Of a DNA stretch of 37,867 nucleotides, positions 1 to 8,554 are shown piece after piece; within the stretch, counting starts at the first letter, position 1, and each line of letters begins with the position of its first letter. A program made the position numbers and the translations under genes. The stretch is taken from positions 1-37,867 of the IMG/VR virus record IMGVR_UViG_3300022307_000007, one strand, 5' to 3'. Under the pieces are notes generated by a model, which was given only the letters and a program-made list of their open reading frames with translations, did not search any database and was not told where the DNA came from. The stretch is from a virus (lineage: Duplodnaviria; Caudoviricetes).

Positions 1-342
1 AAAATTAATAAACTTAAAATAGCTCAAAACAATAGCAATCATTCAAATGCTGAAATCGATAATATTTTACATAAATTCTTTCCAGGGCAAATCATTTTTA
101 CTGACAACCAAAACATGACGATTAGTTATATTTTTTCCTCGGATATTGAATGGATAATTAATGTTGCTTTAGCACAAGGGGCAATACCTAAGCCGGCAGC
201 TGTTAGTATTACGACTAATTTTGTTCAAGATATAGAAAATATTTTCTCGCTCAAAAAATATGCTTCAACTGCAATACCTGATTTTTCAGAAGGTCTTATA
301 ACTTACTCAGATGATCCCTTTGGATCGTTCCTAACTTATTAA
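1..342 (+). CDS. C-terminal part of baseplate wedge protein (DUF2612-like), continued from the right end of the window
   Basis: Frame of ORF 115..342 is open from base 1 (KLKIAQNNSNHSNAEIDNILHKFF...DNQNMTISY). It continues the ...RILTKLK of ORF 37588..37851 and lies between baseplate J and the tail fibre on the circle. Confidence 0.75.
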   Translation, partial: KINKLKIAQNNSNHSNAEIDNILHKFFPGQIIFTDNQNMTISYIFSSDIEWIINVALAQGAIPKPAAVSITTNFVQDIENIFSLKKYASTAIPDFSEGLITYSDDPFGSFLTY

Positions 343-354
343 CTGGGGTTCGAT

Positions 355-2361
355 ATGGCGTTACTTACAAGAGCATTACAAAAAATATTTGGTTTATCCG
401 GTGGCACCAGTGAATTTGGGCAAATAGGATCAAAAGCAGCGGGCACACCTGTAACCACAAAAAATCTTGAAACTATGCAAGACCTTACCGAATACGAAGA
501 AGGACTATCTGCGATTGTATCGGATCAGGGAACAAGTGTTTTACCTTACCTCGAAGATATAAACTCGCTGTTTTTCCTAATAACCTCACAACTCGCTTAC
601 CTCATGCAATCCGGTGTTGCTGAATGGAACGATGAAACCGAATATTATAAAGATGTTTCATTTGTCGTTGATGAGGGAGTAATTTGGAAAGACATTTTTG
701 GCACAGTTGGCTCGCCGAATCTAAATTTTAAGCCGTCAACAAATCCGGGAAAATGGACTCCTGCTTTGGGAGGTTTATATGTCGGTAATATATTAGCCAG
801 ACTTAGTCCTGATCTGGTGCAATTAAATACAATACATAACAATTCACATGGAATCAGAAATGACTCACCAAATATTTTAGGAAATATAGACCCAACCTCC
901 TGGTCATCGGCAGGCACTCTTTCTGAGATAAAAGCCTTTGCAACCCAAGCAATCATCGGGGATTACATCTATATATTTGGCGGTTTCAACGGCTCAGCGT
1001 ATGTTGATACAATTATCAAAGCGCCTATCTCAGACCCAACCTCCTGGTCATCGGCAGGCACTCTTTCTGAGATAAAATCCGATGCAACCCAAGCCATCAT
1101 CGGGGATTACATCTATATATTTGGCGGTCGCAACAGCTCAGCGTATGTTGATACAATTATCAAAGCACCTATCTCAGACCCAACCTCCTGGTCATCGGCC
1201 GGTACTCTTTCTGAGATAAAAGCCCATGCAACCCAAGCCATCATCGGTGATTATATCTATATATTTGGCGGTTTCAACGGCTCAGCGTATGTTGATACAA
1301 TTATCAAAGCGCCTATCTCAGACCCAACCTCCTGGTCATCGGCCGGTACTCTTTCTGAGATAAAAGCCCATGCAACCCAAGCCATCATCGGGGATTATAT
1401 CTATATATTTGGCGGTTTCAACGGCTCAGCGTATGTTGATACAATTATCAAAGCGCCTATCTCAGACCCAACCTCCTGGTCATCGGCCGGTACTCTTTCT
1501 GAGATAAAAACCTATGCAACCCAAGCCATCATCGGGGATTACATCTATATATTTGGCGGTCGCAACAGCTCAGTGTATCTCGATACAATTATCAAAGCAC
1601 CTATCTCAGATCCAACCTCCTGGTCACCGGCCGGCACTCTTTCTGAGATAAAAGCCTATGCAACCCAAGCCATCATCGGGGATTACATCTATATATTTGG
1701 CGGCCACAACGGATCAGCGTATGTTGATACAATTATCAAAACAGACAAAATAATATACAAGAACGCAGATAATCAACTATTGATAAGGGGTGACGCAATT
1801 GTATTAAAAGAGACCACGACCCCGACGGCTGATACAGGTTACTGTAAAATCTATCCAAAATCAGACAACAATCTTTACCTTCAGGACGGGGCAGGCTTCG
1901 AACATGAAATATTCCATAAAACTATTTGGACATCTGCACAATTGGTTGGATCAGGCTTAAGTATTGCCGGAACAAGTCTTCCCGCACTCTGCGCACTTAA
2001 CGGAACTGATGTAGCCTTTATTGATGATGCCTTAGACGAATTAAGATGTTATAGATTCAATGGAAGCACCTGGTCACTGGTTGGTTCAGGCTTAAGTATT
2101 GCCGGAATAAGTTATCCCGCACTCTGCGCACTAAACGGAACTGATGTAGCCTTTATTGATTCAACCTTTGAAGAATTAGGATGTTATAGATTCAATGGAA
2201 GCACCTGGTCACTGGTTGGATCAGGCTTAAGTATTGCCGGAATAAGTCTTCCCGCACTCTGCGCACTAAACGGAACTGATGTAGCCTTTATTGATGGAAC
2301 CTTAGACGAATTAAGATGTTATAGATTTGGTTTTTCACTTAGTGAGCCATATCATCCATAA
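355..2361 (+). CDS. Tail fibre / receptor-binding protein with six Kelch-like repeats and three C-terminal 45-aa repeats
   Basis: Follows the baseplate wedge gene. Fibre-type N-terminus (QKIFG...FG.IGS...LAYLMQSGVAEW...EYY). Kelch signature YIYIFGG...W repeated six times. Confidence 0.8.
   Translation: MALLTRALQKIFGLSGGTSEFGQIGSKAAGTPVTTKNLETMQDLTEYEEGLSAIVSDQGTSVLPYLEDINSLFFLITSQLAYLMQSGVAEWNDETEYYKDVSFVVDEGVIWKDIFGTVGSPNLNFKPSTNPGKWTPALGGLYVGNILARLSPDLVQLNTIHNNSHGIRNDSPNILGNIDPTSWSSAGTLSEIKAFATQAIIGDYIYIFGGFNGSAYVDTIIKAPISDPTSWSSAGTLSEIKSDATQAIIGDYIYIFGGRNSSAYVDTIIKAPISDPTSWSSAGTLSEIKAHATQAIIGDYIYIFGGFNGSAYVDTIIKAPISDPTSWSSAGTLSEIKAHATQAIIGDYIYIFGGFNGSAYVDTIIKAPISDPTSWSSAGTLSEIKTYATQAIIGDYIYIFGGRNSSVYLDTIIKAPISDPTSWSPAGTLSEIKAYATQAIIGDYIYIFGGHNGSAYVDTIIKTDKIIYKNADNQLLIRGDAIVLKETTTPTADTGYCKIYPKSDNNLYLQDGAGFEHEIFHKTIWTSAQLVGSGLSIAGTSLPALCALNGTDVAFIDDALDELRCYRFNGSTWSLVGSGLSIAGISYPALCALNGTDVAFIDSTFEELGCYRFNGSTWSLVGSGLSIAGISLPALCALNGTDVAFIDGTLDELRCYRFGFSLSEPYHP
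889..1740 (+). repeat. Six tandem 144-bp (48-aa) Kelch-like repeats
   Basis: Units start at 889, 1033, 1177, 1321, 1465 and 1609 (GAYCCAACCTCCTGG...). Near-identical at DNA level; units 3 and 4 differ by one base. Confidence 0.97.
1942..2327 (+). repeat. Three tandem 135-bp (45-aa) repeats, probable beta-propeller blades
   Basis: Units start at 1942, 2077 and 2212 (LVGSGLSIAG...CYRFNGSTWS); near-identical DNA. Confidence 0.95.
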
Positions 2362-2384
2362 CAAATAAAACATTGTGTGGATAA

Positions 2385-2759
2385 ATGCCTGAAAATATTG
2401 AAACATATCTCTTGCAGATCATAGACGGACAAAGACAACAGTTGGAAAGAGATAACACTGTTTTGCTCGAAGTTGATAAGCTGTATAAAACGGTTGAAAA
2501 ACTGCATGATAGACTCGATATCATTAAAGAAATAACGATTATTCACAGTCAGGAAATCAAAAATCTAAGCGGTTATCAAAGCAGAATAGTTGAAAACTGT
2601 CGAACACAGCATGAATTGATTTGGACAAAAATGGGGGAACGGAAAAAAGAAGCCGTAGCAGAATCCATTCAAAGAATTAAGATCTGGATTTTGGCCGGTA
2701 TTCTTTCCAGCTTCGGTGCACTCTCAGTTGTTATCTTTACAACGTTTTTAAAAAAATAG
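2385..2759 (+). CDS. Holin-like / lysis accessory protein (coiled coil plus C-terminal TM helix)
   Basis: Heptad-rich N-terminus, hydrophobic C-terminal helix, directly upstream of the endolysin. Confidence 0.5.
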   Translation: MPENIETYLLQIIDGQRQQLERDNTVLLEVDKLYKTVEKLHDRLDIIKEITIIHSQEIKNLSGYQSRIVENCRTQHELIWTKMGERKKEAVAESIQRIKIWILAGILSSFGALSVVIFTTFLKK

Positions 2760-2766
2760 GGGGATT

Positions 2767-3159
2767 ATGCCAAGTTTTAGCGCAAAAAGCAAAGAAGCCC
2801 TTGAAACCTGTGATATCGAATTGAATGAATTGTTTAATGAAGTGATTGAGCATTTCGATTGCACTGTTTTGGCTGGTCATAGAACAGAGGAAGAACAAAA
2901 CAAGGCTTTCAGGTCTAATATGTCAACTCTAAGATGGCCCGATTCAAAACATAATATTAAACCGTCGAGAGCCATTGACGTTGTCCCTTATCCTATCGAC
3001 TGGGAAAATTTGAACCGTTTCTATTTTTTTGGTGGTTATGTGAAAGGAATCGCTGAAAAAAGGGGTATCAAAATACGTTGGGGTGGTGATTGGGATAATG
3101 ATACTTTAACCAATGATCAGAAATTCATGGATCTACCCCACTTTGAGATTTATGATTGA
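2767..3159 (+). CDS. Endolysin, peptidase M15 family (L-Ala-D-Glu peptidase-like)
   Basis: Motifs GHRTEEEQ, SKH, AIDVVP, WGGDW, DLPHFE. Confidence 0.9.
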   Translation: MPSFSAKSKEALETCDIELNELFNEVIEHFDCTVLAGHRTEEEQNKAFRSNMSTLRWPDSKHNIKPSRAIDVVPYPIDWENLNRFYFFGGYVKGIAEKRGIKIRWGGDWDNDTLTNDQKFMDLPHFEIYD

Positions 3160-3187
3160 CACATTATGAACTTATACAGGGGAACTA

Positions 3188-3478
3188 ATGGAAATAATCA
3201 CAGCATGGTTAGTGAGCTACGGATTACAAGCGGCAGCCGGGACAATCGGGGCTTTGATTCTGGGTTGGATTCTGACTAAAATCCCAACCGGAAAATGGTC
3301 AAAACAATTGGGAGCAGCCGGACAAAAACACGGTCAAGTGGTTTCAATATTTTGTAGTGTCAAGCTTGGTGGTGTTTGGAATAAAGCAATTGAACCTATT
3401 TTCATCGATACAATCGGAGTTATCCTATCCTGGTTCAGTGGTTTTATTATCGGTCTAAAATTTGATAACAAGGATTGA
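3188..3478 (+). CDS. Putative holin (membrane protein)
   Basis: 96 aa with at least two hydrophobic segments, next to the endolysin. Confidence 0.55.
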   Translation: MEIITAWLVSYGLQAAAGTIGALILGWILTKIPTGKWSKQLGAAGQKHGQVVSIFCSVKLGGVWNKAIEPIFIDTIGVILSWFSGFIIGLKFDNKD

Positions 3479-3514
3479 ACGGATATAGGTAGGATTTTAA
3501 AGCAGGAAAAATAC

Positions 3515-3573
3515 AGCCTCTTTTATGCCTTGGAAAGTAAATCTATTCTAAGGCGTTTTAAGAGGCTTTTTTT
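3515..3573 (+). terminator. Long hairpin terminator ending the late/lysis transcript
   Basis: AGCCTCTT/AAGAGGCT and ATGCCTT/AAGGCGT stems followed by a T7 run; lies where convergent genes meet. Confidence 0.65.
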
Positions 3574-3585
3574 GTTTATTAGAAA

Positions 3586-3700
3586 AGCAAGGGCATTGCA
3601 TGTACAACAGGCCATTACCCGGATCGATTCCTATGGATGGGGGAGGAGAGGTAAATTCAACCATAACCCCTGAAATCAAACGGACCACAACGCCCTTGCT
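3586..3700 (-). ncRNA. Candidate structured RNA (115 nt) closed by a 13-bp stem
   Basis: On the minus strand AGCAAGGGCGTTG pairs with CAATGCCCTTGCT (one G-U) and is followed by TTT. Intergenic. Confidence 0.35.
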
Positions 3701-3701
3701 A

Positions 3702-3851
3702 TTATTTTTTTGCGTCCCACGGACTCCCATTGTGGTAATAAAATTCTCCTTTCTTTTTATCAAAAATCATTCCGCACACCCAAACAGTTGGGTTTCTATC
3801 CAGGTGGGTTTCTGTGAGTGTCTTATCACCATCTATTTTTTGTTGTTTCAT
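3702..3851 (-). CDS. Hypothetical 49-aa protein (MKQQKIDGDK...PWDAKK)
   Basis: Read manually, below the ORF-track cutoff; packs tightly after ORF 3854..4084. Confidence 0.5.
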   Translation of the reverse strand: MKQQKIDGDKTLTETHLDRNPTVWVCGMIFDKKKGEFYYHNGSPWDAKK

Positions 3852-3853
3852 AT

Positions 3854-4084
3854 TTACCTATTTTTTAGGGTGTTTGAAAATTCCTTTTGCTGCTCTAAAA
3901 TTTCACAAGTTGGATTATCTCCAAGCTGGCAATCAATCTGATCTGACAACTTATTTAGTATCATCATCATATCGGTTGAAATCCGGTAATTCAGTGACAG
4001 AGCCACGAGACATTGAGACAGAGAAAAAACGATCAAAAATAACCAGAATTTATAGTCAATTTTCATAACTCCATCTCTACCCAC
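3854..4084 (-). CDS. Hypothetical membrane protein (start may be ATG at 4066)
   Basis: N-terminal hydrophobic helix; part of a tightly packed leftward operon. Confidence 0.5.
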   Translation of the reverse strand: MGRDGVMKIDYKFWLFLIVFSLSQCLVALSLNYRISTDMMMILNKLSDQIDCQLGDNPTCEILEQQKEFSNTLKNR

Positions 4085-4299
4085 TGCATGAGTCCATTTT
4101 TTTGAATAGCCGATAAAATACCGATTTTCCTTTTTTCACCTGTCAGTCCTGATGGAATCTCGGTCGTAATTGTGAGCTGATTGAAAAAATTCCCGCTATC
4201 ATTCGGGTTGAAACAAACAACTGTTACCAGTTCGACTCCATTCGCTTCGTTTGTTACGAATTCAACTAAACTTTTAGTTGGTTTATCTTCTTTCTTCAT
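4063..4299 (-). CDS. Hypothetical protein
   Basis: 78-aa ORF overlapping its neighbours in the leftward operon. Confidence 0.55.
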   Translation of the reverse strand: MKKEDKPTKSLVEFVTNEANGVELVTVVCFNPNDSGNFFNQLTITTEIPSGLTGEKRKIGILSAIQKNGLMQWVEMEL

Positions 4300-4462
4300 T
4301 AATCTTCTCGTTTTCGTGTTGTTTAACAGCAGAGATTATCTTGAATCCCTTTTCACCTTTCTTTCTGATTCCCAGGGCAACCAGTTTATATTCTTCATTT
4401 TTTCTTGCCCTTAGAATTGCGCCAGCAATAGCAAAGGCATGATTCAAATATTGATCATTCAT
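4283..4462 (-). CDS. Hypothetical 59-aa protein (MNDQYLNHAF...NEERR)
   Basis: Read manually; GGAG upstream; overlaps both neighbours. Confidence 0.55.
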   Translation of the reverse strand: MNDQYLNHAFAIAGAILRARKNEEYKLVALGIRKKGEKGFKIISAVKQHENEKINEERR

Positions 4463-4610
4463 TTTTTTCTCCCATGTATTTTTTTAGGGCGTCTTCATGA
4501 CCACGCCTTAAAGTCATTCCCTTTTTGCTTTTCAAAAATTCCTTGAAACGCTGCCATATTCCTTGATCCATTTCAACGTAGGTTTTTACCACTTTTTTCT
4601 TGTTCTCCAT
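4455..4610 (-). CDS. Small ribbon-helix-helix-like DNA-binding protein (51 aa, MENKKKVVKTYVEMDQGIWQRFKEF...)
   Basis: Read manually; AAGAGG RBS; alternating beta-strand followed by two helices, as in Arc/CopG proteins. Confidence 0.55.
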   Translation of the reverse strand: MENKKKVVKTYVEMDQGIWQRFKEFLKSKKGMTLRRGHEDALKKYMGEKNE

Positions 4611-4637
4611 ATATCCTCTTTGTTAAGTGTTTCTGCA

Positions 4638-4666
4638 ATAATGAACAAATCATTTCTAAATGTCAA
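4638..4666 (-). promoter_or_regulatory. Putative sigma70 promoter for the leftward operon
   Basis: TTGACA-N17-CATTAT on the minus strand; a second, divergent TTGACA sits at 4701 on the plus strand. Confidence 0.45.
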
Positions 4667-4777
4667 TAGAAAACTAAAGATTTATTTATGCAAAAAACTA
4701 TTGACAGGTTCTAAAAAATGGTTGACTCTGAAACCGTATTCTTAATTTTAACTAACCAGTCATGGAGATAAAAAAAA

Positions 4778-5986
4778 ATGACAGATAAAAATTTACCAGC
4801 AGTTACAGAACAGAGCGCACTTGCAGCACTTCAAACACAGGATAGTCCAGAGTCAAGGGCAATTATCAGTTATATAGACAAGCTGAGAAAAAAGGACATT
4901 GCGGTTTTGGGAACAGATGAGGCTTTTATCCTATCCGACGGACAGGGCCAAATCAAAGCCTTTAAAAAAGCCCTTACCTTATCGGTTCAGGAAGGTACTT
5001 TAATACAACCGGTTTACAACGGAGATTTCGTGGTTTCAGCTCAAGGTTACGAAGTTTGGGCAGAGGCAACCGGGGCAAGCGTTATTTTCCCGAAAGAAGT
5101 TTTAGTCGGTACCGAATGGAGACCGAACCCTTTCGCAGAACGTGACCCGCAAAACAGGCGAATCCTTGCTGTTCATGCCAGGGCTATTGCTTTTCGCTAC
5201 TCTTCGATGGGCATTCCTCAGGTATCAGATTGGACAACAATCTTTGATACTCCAAGCTATCGCATGATTGATTTACTTGCTAAGGCAAAGAAATTTCCAC
5301 AGGCATTCAAAGTTTTGCCGGTCGGAATGGAGCCAGCGATTGACAAAAAAGCAACAGAGACTTGGGCGCATTATCCGTTCGACGAATCTATGAATCTTTG
5401 GATAAATACAAGTCACAATGAAGTTATCACCTGGCTGGCTCAAATTTTGAACCGGGAAAAGAAAGCGATGGACTTCGCGCAGACCTTCGCAAAAAGAAAC
5501 GCACTCAAGCATTTATCAGGAATTCAGAAAGCCCCTGCAAACGTTTGGCGGTTTGCTGTTCTGGCATGGAGACCAACCGGAAACAATATCGTGAAATGGG
5601 ACGCCGCTCAATATTCACAACTTCAGGACCGTGTTGCCGGGATGATCGAAGGCGGTGGAGCTGATGAATTCAAATCGGTCGAAATCAAGCAGGGTGTTGA
5701 GCGTACCTCAGAAGATGAAGACTATCAAGCTATCGAGGCCGCAACAGACCCGGAAGATTCCCAGGAAAGCGAAAAGCAACAGGAGCCTGAAGCGCAGAAT
5801 GAAGAAAAGAAAGAGCTTTCCAAAGCTGTAAAGCAGGTCATTTATTTGTCTGAAAAATTCCCGAACGAATTTAAAAAATCATGTTCAGAATTTAAAATTA
5901 ATCCCGATAAAATTGAAACAATTTCAGATGAAGCGGCGATCAAAATTTATAACAAGGTGTCGGATCTCATTGACGCTCAAAATTAA
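4778..5986 (+). CDS. Hypothetical protein, possibly a ssDNA-annealing recombinase
   Basis: GGAG RBS; first gene of the recombination module; FAQTFAKRNALK resembles the AxTxAxxxAL helix of Rad52/Erf/RecT-like proteins; acidic linker. Function is inferred. Confidence 0.45.
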   Translation: MTDKNLPAVTEQSALAALQTQDSPESRAIISYIDKLRKKDIAVLGTDEAFILSDGQGQIKAFKKALTLSVQEGTLIQPVYNGDFVVSAQGYEVWAEATGASVIFPKEVLVGTEWRPNPFAERDPQNRRILAVHARAIAFRYSSMGIPQVSDWTTIFDTPSYRMIDLLAKAKKFPQAFKVLPVGMEPAIDKKATETWAHYPFDESMNLWINTSHNEVITWLAQILNREKKAMDFAQTFAKRNALKHLSGIQKAPANVWRFAVLAWRPTGNNIVKWDAAQYSQLQDRVAGMIEGGGADEFKSVEIKQGVERTSEDEDYQAIEAATDPEDSQESEKQQEPEAQNEEKKELSKAVKQVIYLSEKFPNEFKKSCSEFKINPDKIETISDEAAIKIYNKVSDLIDAQN

Positions 5987-5996
5987 AAGGAAAATC

Positions 5997-7034
5997 ATGC
6001 TAAAAATTGAACACGTTAGAACCGTCGGTTTCAAGGGTTTTGATATCGATGAGGATGTCCCGGAAAAGGTGCTTTATACCGGGAAAAACAAATCCGGGAA
6101 AACAACCAGGGCCGCAGCAATCGCCCTAGCATTATATGGAAGCATCCCGTTTTCGACAGCGGGTAAACGTACGGGTGATATCCTGGACAGCTTTGGTCAG
6201 GAATCACTTGTAGTTGCCGTGAAAATAGGTGGCAAAGAATTTGGAAGGAAGTTCGCGCGAAATGAAAAAGGAGTTACTCAGATTTTGCAGTATGAAGGAA
6301 AGCGGGTTGCTGCTGATGTTTTTTCGAGTATGCTTGGAAAAGCTGGTAGTCCACGAATTGCAGATGTTTCCGAGTTCATGAAGCAAAGCGAGGCAAAGAA
6401 AGTTGATACTCTTTTTGAATTGTATCCTGATGATACGTTGTCAACAATCGATTCCGAGATTGAAAACGCGAAAGCTGACGTTAGTATCATTGAAAAAAAG
6501 ATTGCGGGCGCTGAATCCACCGTCGTGCGTTTGACCGCTTCAAAAAGTGAAATTGTCATGCCGTCGGGTTCAATTTCAGCAGTTAAAGCGGAAATTCAGA
6601 CAGTTGAAACTCAGATTTTAGACCTCCAGGAACAAATCAAATCAGCTGAAATCGAGGAAGCTAAAGCCAAAGCTAAAGAAGAGTCTGAAAAATTGGCGGC
6701 AAAAGAAAAGGAGGAAGCGGCCAAAAAAGCGGAGATTGAAAAGAAAACGGCTGTTTCTCAGGCAATCGCTGACGAAAAAGAACGACAAAAGATGGTTGTT
6801 GTAAGTGAAAGTGGGGTAACTATAAGGCAGGAATCATTTTTACCCGATGATGAAATCCCGCTTAAAACCGATGAGGATTGGGCAAAGTACAACATTGGAT
6901 CAATGCCGATGAGTCCGGAAATGCAAGAGACTATTAATTCAATCCAACGCATCATTGACGCCCTGGTCGGCTCAGGTTGCTCGACATGTGCGGCTCTGAT
7001 CGTTGCAAAACAGGAGCTTAAAAAATATGTCTGA
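5997..7034 (+). CDS. Rad50/SbcC-like ABC ATPase, N-terminal half (Walker A, coiled coil, CxxC)
   Basis: GFKGF strand, GKNKSGKTT Walker A, long coiled coil, CSTC near the C-terminus. Confidence 0.75.
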   Translation: MLKIEHVRTVGFKGFDIDEDVPEKVLYTGKNKSGKTTRAAAIALALYGSIPFSTAGKRTGDILDSFGQESLVVAVKIGGKEFGRKFARNEKGVTQILQYEGKRVAADVFSSMLGKAGSPRIADVSEFMKQSEAKKVDTLFELYPDDTLSTIDSEIENAKADVSIIEKKIAGAESTVVRLTASKSEIVMPSGSISAVKAEIQTVETQILDLQEQIKSAEIEEAKAKAKEESEKLAAKEKEEAAKKAEIEKKTAVSQAIADEKERQKMVVVSESGVTIRQESFLPDDEIPLKTDEDWAKYNIGSMPMSPEMQETINSIQRIIDALVGSGCSTCAALIVAKQELKKYV

Positions 7035-7590
7035 TATTCAAACCATGAATCAAATGATTACCGGTTTGCAGCAGAAAAAAAAGAACCTGCAGGCCGATGA
7101 AACCGTTTTTCTCAAGCTATCCGGGATTAACGAACAGATCGAAATGGCAAGCCAGGACGCACACGGGTATAAGTCTGAGTTGCTGGAAGCTAAAAAAGTT
7201 CGTGATGACGCCAAACGCAAAAAAGCGGCTGCTATATCAGCGATTGTGATAAAGATTGAAAAGAAAATGAACGAGGTTTTACCATCTGGCGAATCTGTTT
7301 TTGCCTATAGCGTTGATGAAAATGAAAAATATAATATGGTGATCGGCTGGAAAGAAGGCGAGACAGTAACACCATACAACGGTCTGTCCGGTATGCAAAA
7401 ACAGGTTTTTGATACAGCCTTGGCTCATGTCCTTGACGCTGATATTATTGTTTTAGAGGCTGCTGAACTTGATCAAGAGAACATGCAAAAGACTCTTGAA
7501 ATCTTGTCAAAATTGGATAAGCAAGTCCTTGTCTCGACCTGTCACTCGGTCTCCCATGTTCCTGAAAACTTTATTGTTGTGGAGGTGTGA
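7027..7590 (+). CDS. Rad50/SbcC-like ABC ATPase, C-terminal half (coiled coil, signature, Walker B, H-loop)
   Basis: LSGMQ signature, IIVLEAAELD Walker B/D-loop, VSTCH H-loop; own CAGGAG RBS and 8-bp overlap with the upstream gene. Confidence 0.75.
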   Translation: MSDIQTMNQMITGLQQKKKNLQADETVFLKLSGINEQIEMASQDAHGYKSELLEAKKVRDDAKRKKAAAISAIVIKIEKKMNEVLPSGESVFAYSVDENEKYNMVIGWKEGETVTPYNGLSGMQKQVFDTALAHVLDADIIVLEAAELDQENMQKTLEILSKLDKQVLVSTCHSVSHVPENFIVVEV

Positions 7591-7696
7591 TCGCTAAAGA
7601 AATATAGCAAACTGATAATTTTCAACATTTCCGTTTTTGTCTCCAAGTCAATAAGCACTCCGGTTGCACTGGTGTAAATTATTTATAAAATAATAC

Positions 7697-7725
7697 TTGA
7701 CAGAGTGTTCAACACATGAGATGAT
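7697..7725 (+). promoter_or_regulatory. Putative promoter with palindromic operator in the spacer
   Basis: TTGACA-N17-GATGAT with extended TG; GTGTT-C-AACAC palindrome at 7705..7715. Confidence 0.5.
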
Positions 7726-7783
7726 TAATTAACAAATCAGCAATAAAGCGGATTTGGAACTTAACACTCAGAGGAGATCAAAG

Positions 7784-8029
7784 ATGACTATTCATTCAAG
7801 AATTCAAAAAATTGAAGTTGAAGCTTTTGAAGTAGCTTCAATGTTGGAGAGACAAGTTGCAAGATTTATTTGTGCTGAGTACACCAAAGAGGAATTGAAC
7901 AATATTGTTTTTGGTGAAGATGATGCACTTGAACAAGCAGGAGAAATTGAAAAAGATTCCTTGTTGTGGCAAGAGGTAAGGAATCTTCAGCATGATATTG
8001 TAGAAGAATATGCTTCTGAAAATAACTAA
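7784..8029 (+). CDS. Hypothetical acidic protein
   Basis: GAGGAG RBS before the ATG at 7784. Confidence 0.65.
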   Translation: MTIHSRIQKIEVEAFEVASMLERQVARFICAEYTKEELNNIVFGEDDALEQAGEIEKDSLLWQEVRNLQHDIVEEYASENN

Positions 8030-8072
8030 CACCAAACCGCCGGGGAAACCCGGCATAACTAAGGAGAACAAA

Positions 8073-8270
8073 ATGAAAACTTACGAAATCTTTTTAAATA
8101 ACAATCTTATCGAAACCATACCAGGATCGCTTTCTGGTCTTGCTTTTATTAAGTTTGACTCCGCTGTGCTGCTTGGTGACGCCAAGCTCATTAGGGTAAG
8201 GAAGGTGGAAGGAGACCCTATTCTATCAGGTAGATTTGCGTACAACTACGACACAGGGGGTTGGGAGTGA
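8073..8270 (+). CDS. Hypothetical protein
   Basis: AAGGAG RBS before the ATG at 8073, preceded by a GAAA-loop hairpin. Confidence 0.6.
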   Translation: MKTYEIFLNNNLIETIPGSLSGLAFIKFDSAVLLGDAKLIRVRKVEGDPILSGRFAYNYDTGGWE

Positions 8271-8554
8271 GGCCAATCGCCGCCGATCCTACAAACATGG
8301 GTCGGCCTTATTGCTCGGAAAAATGCAAATGGAGGCAGTCTTACAACGACTGCCATTTACAGAAAAACGCTTTGCGGGTTGAATTAGGCTGGATCATCGA
8401 GAAAGATAGATGTGGATGGAATTTAAAACCAGGACACCCCGGTGGACATCCGCTTGATTACATGCCATGCACATTCAAGGGTACAAAAAATGATCAAAAA
8501 AATAAAATCCGCTCTCGGTTGCCGCACAAACCGAGAGCTTGCAATACTTCTTGA
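8261..8554 (+). CDS. Hypothetical Cys-rich protein
   Basis: Fills the gap between neighbours; start uncertain; overlaps the HTH gene. Confidence 0.35.
   Translation: MGVRPIAADPTNMGRPYCSEKCKWRQSYNDCHLQKNALRVELGWIIEKDRCGWNLKPGHPGGHPLDYMPCTFKGTKNDQKNKIRSRLPHKPRACNTS

Noticed and set aside
889-1740. CRISPR array
   Set aside because: Repeats are contiguous, 144 bp, in-frame coding units with no unique spacers.
889-2327. Complete diversity-generating retroelement acting on the tail fibre
   Set aside because: No reverse transcriptase or non-coding template repeat in an apparently complete genome, and the Kelch array has many silent C/T and G/T differences not explained by adenine mutagenesis.
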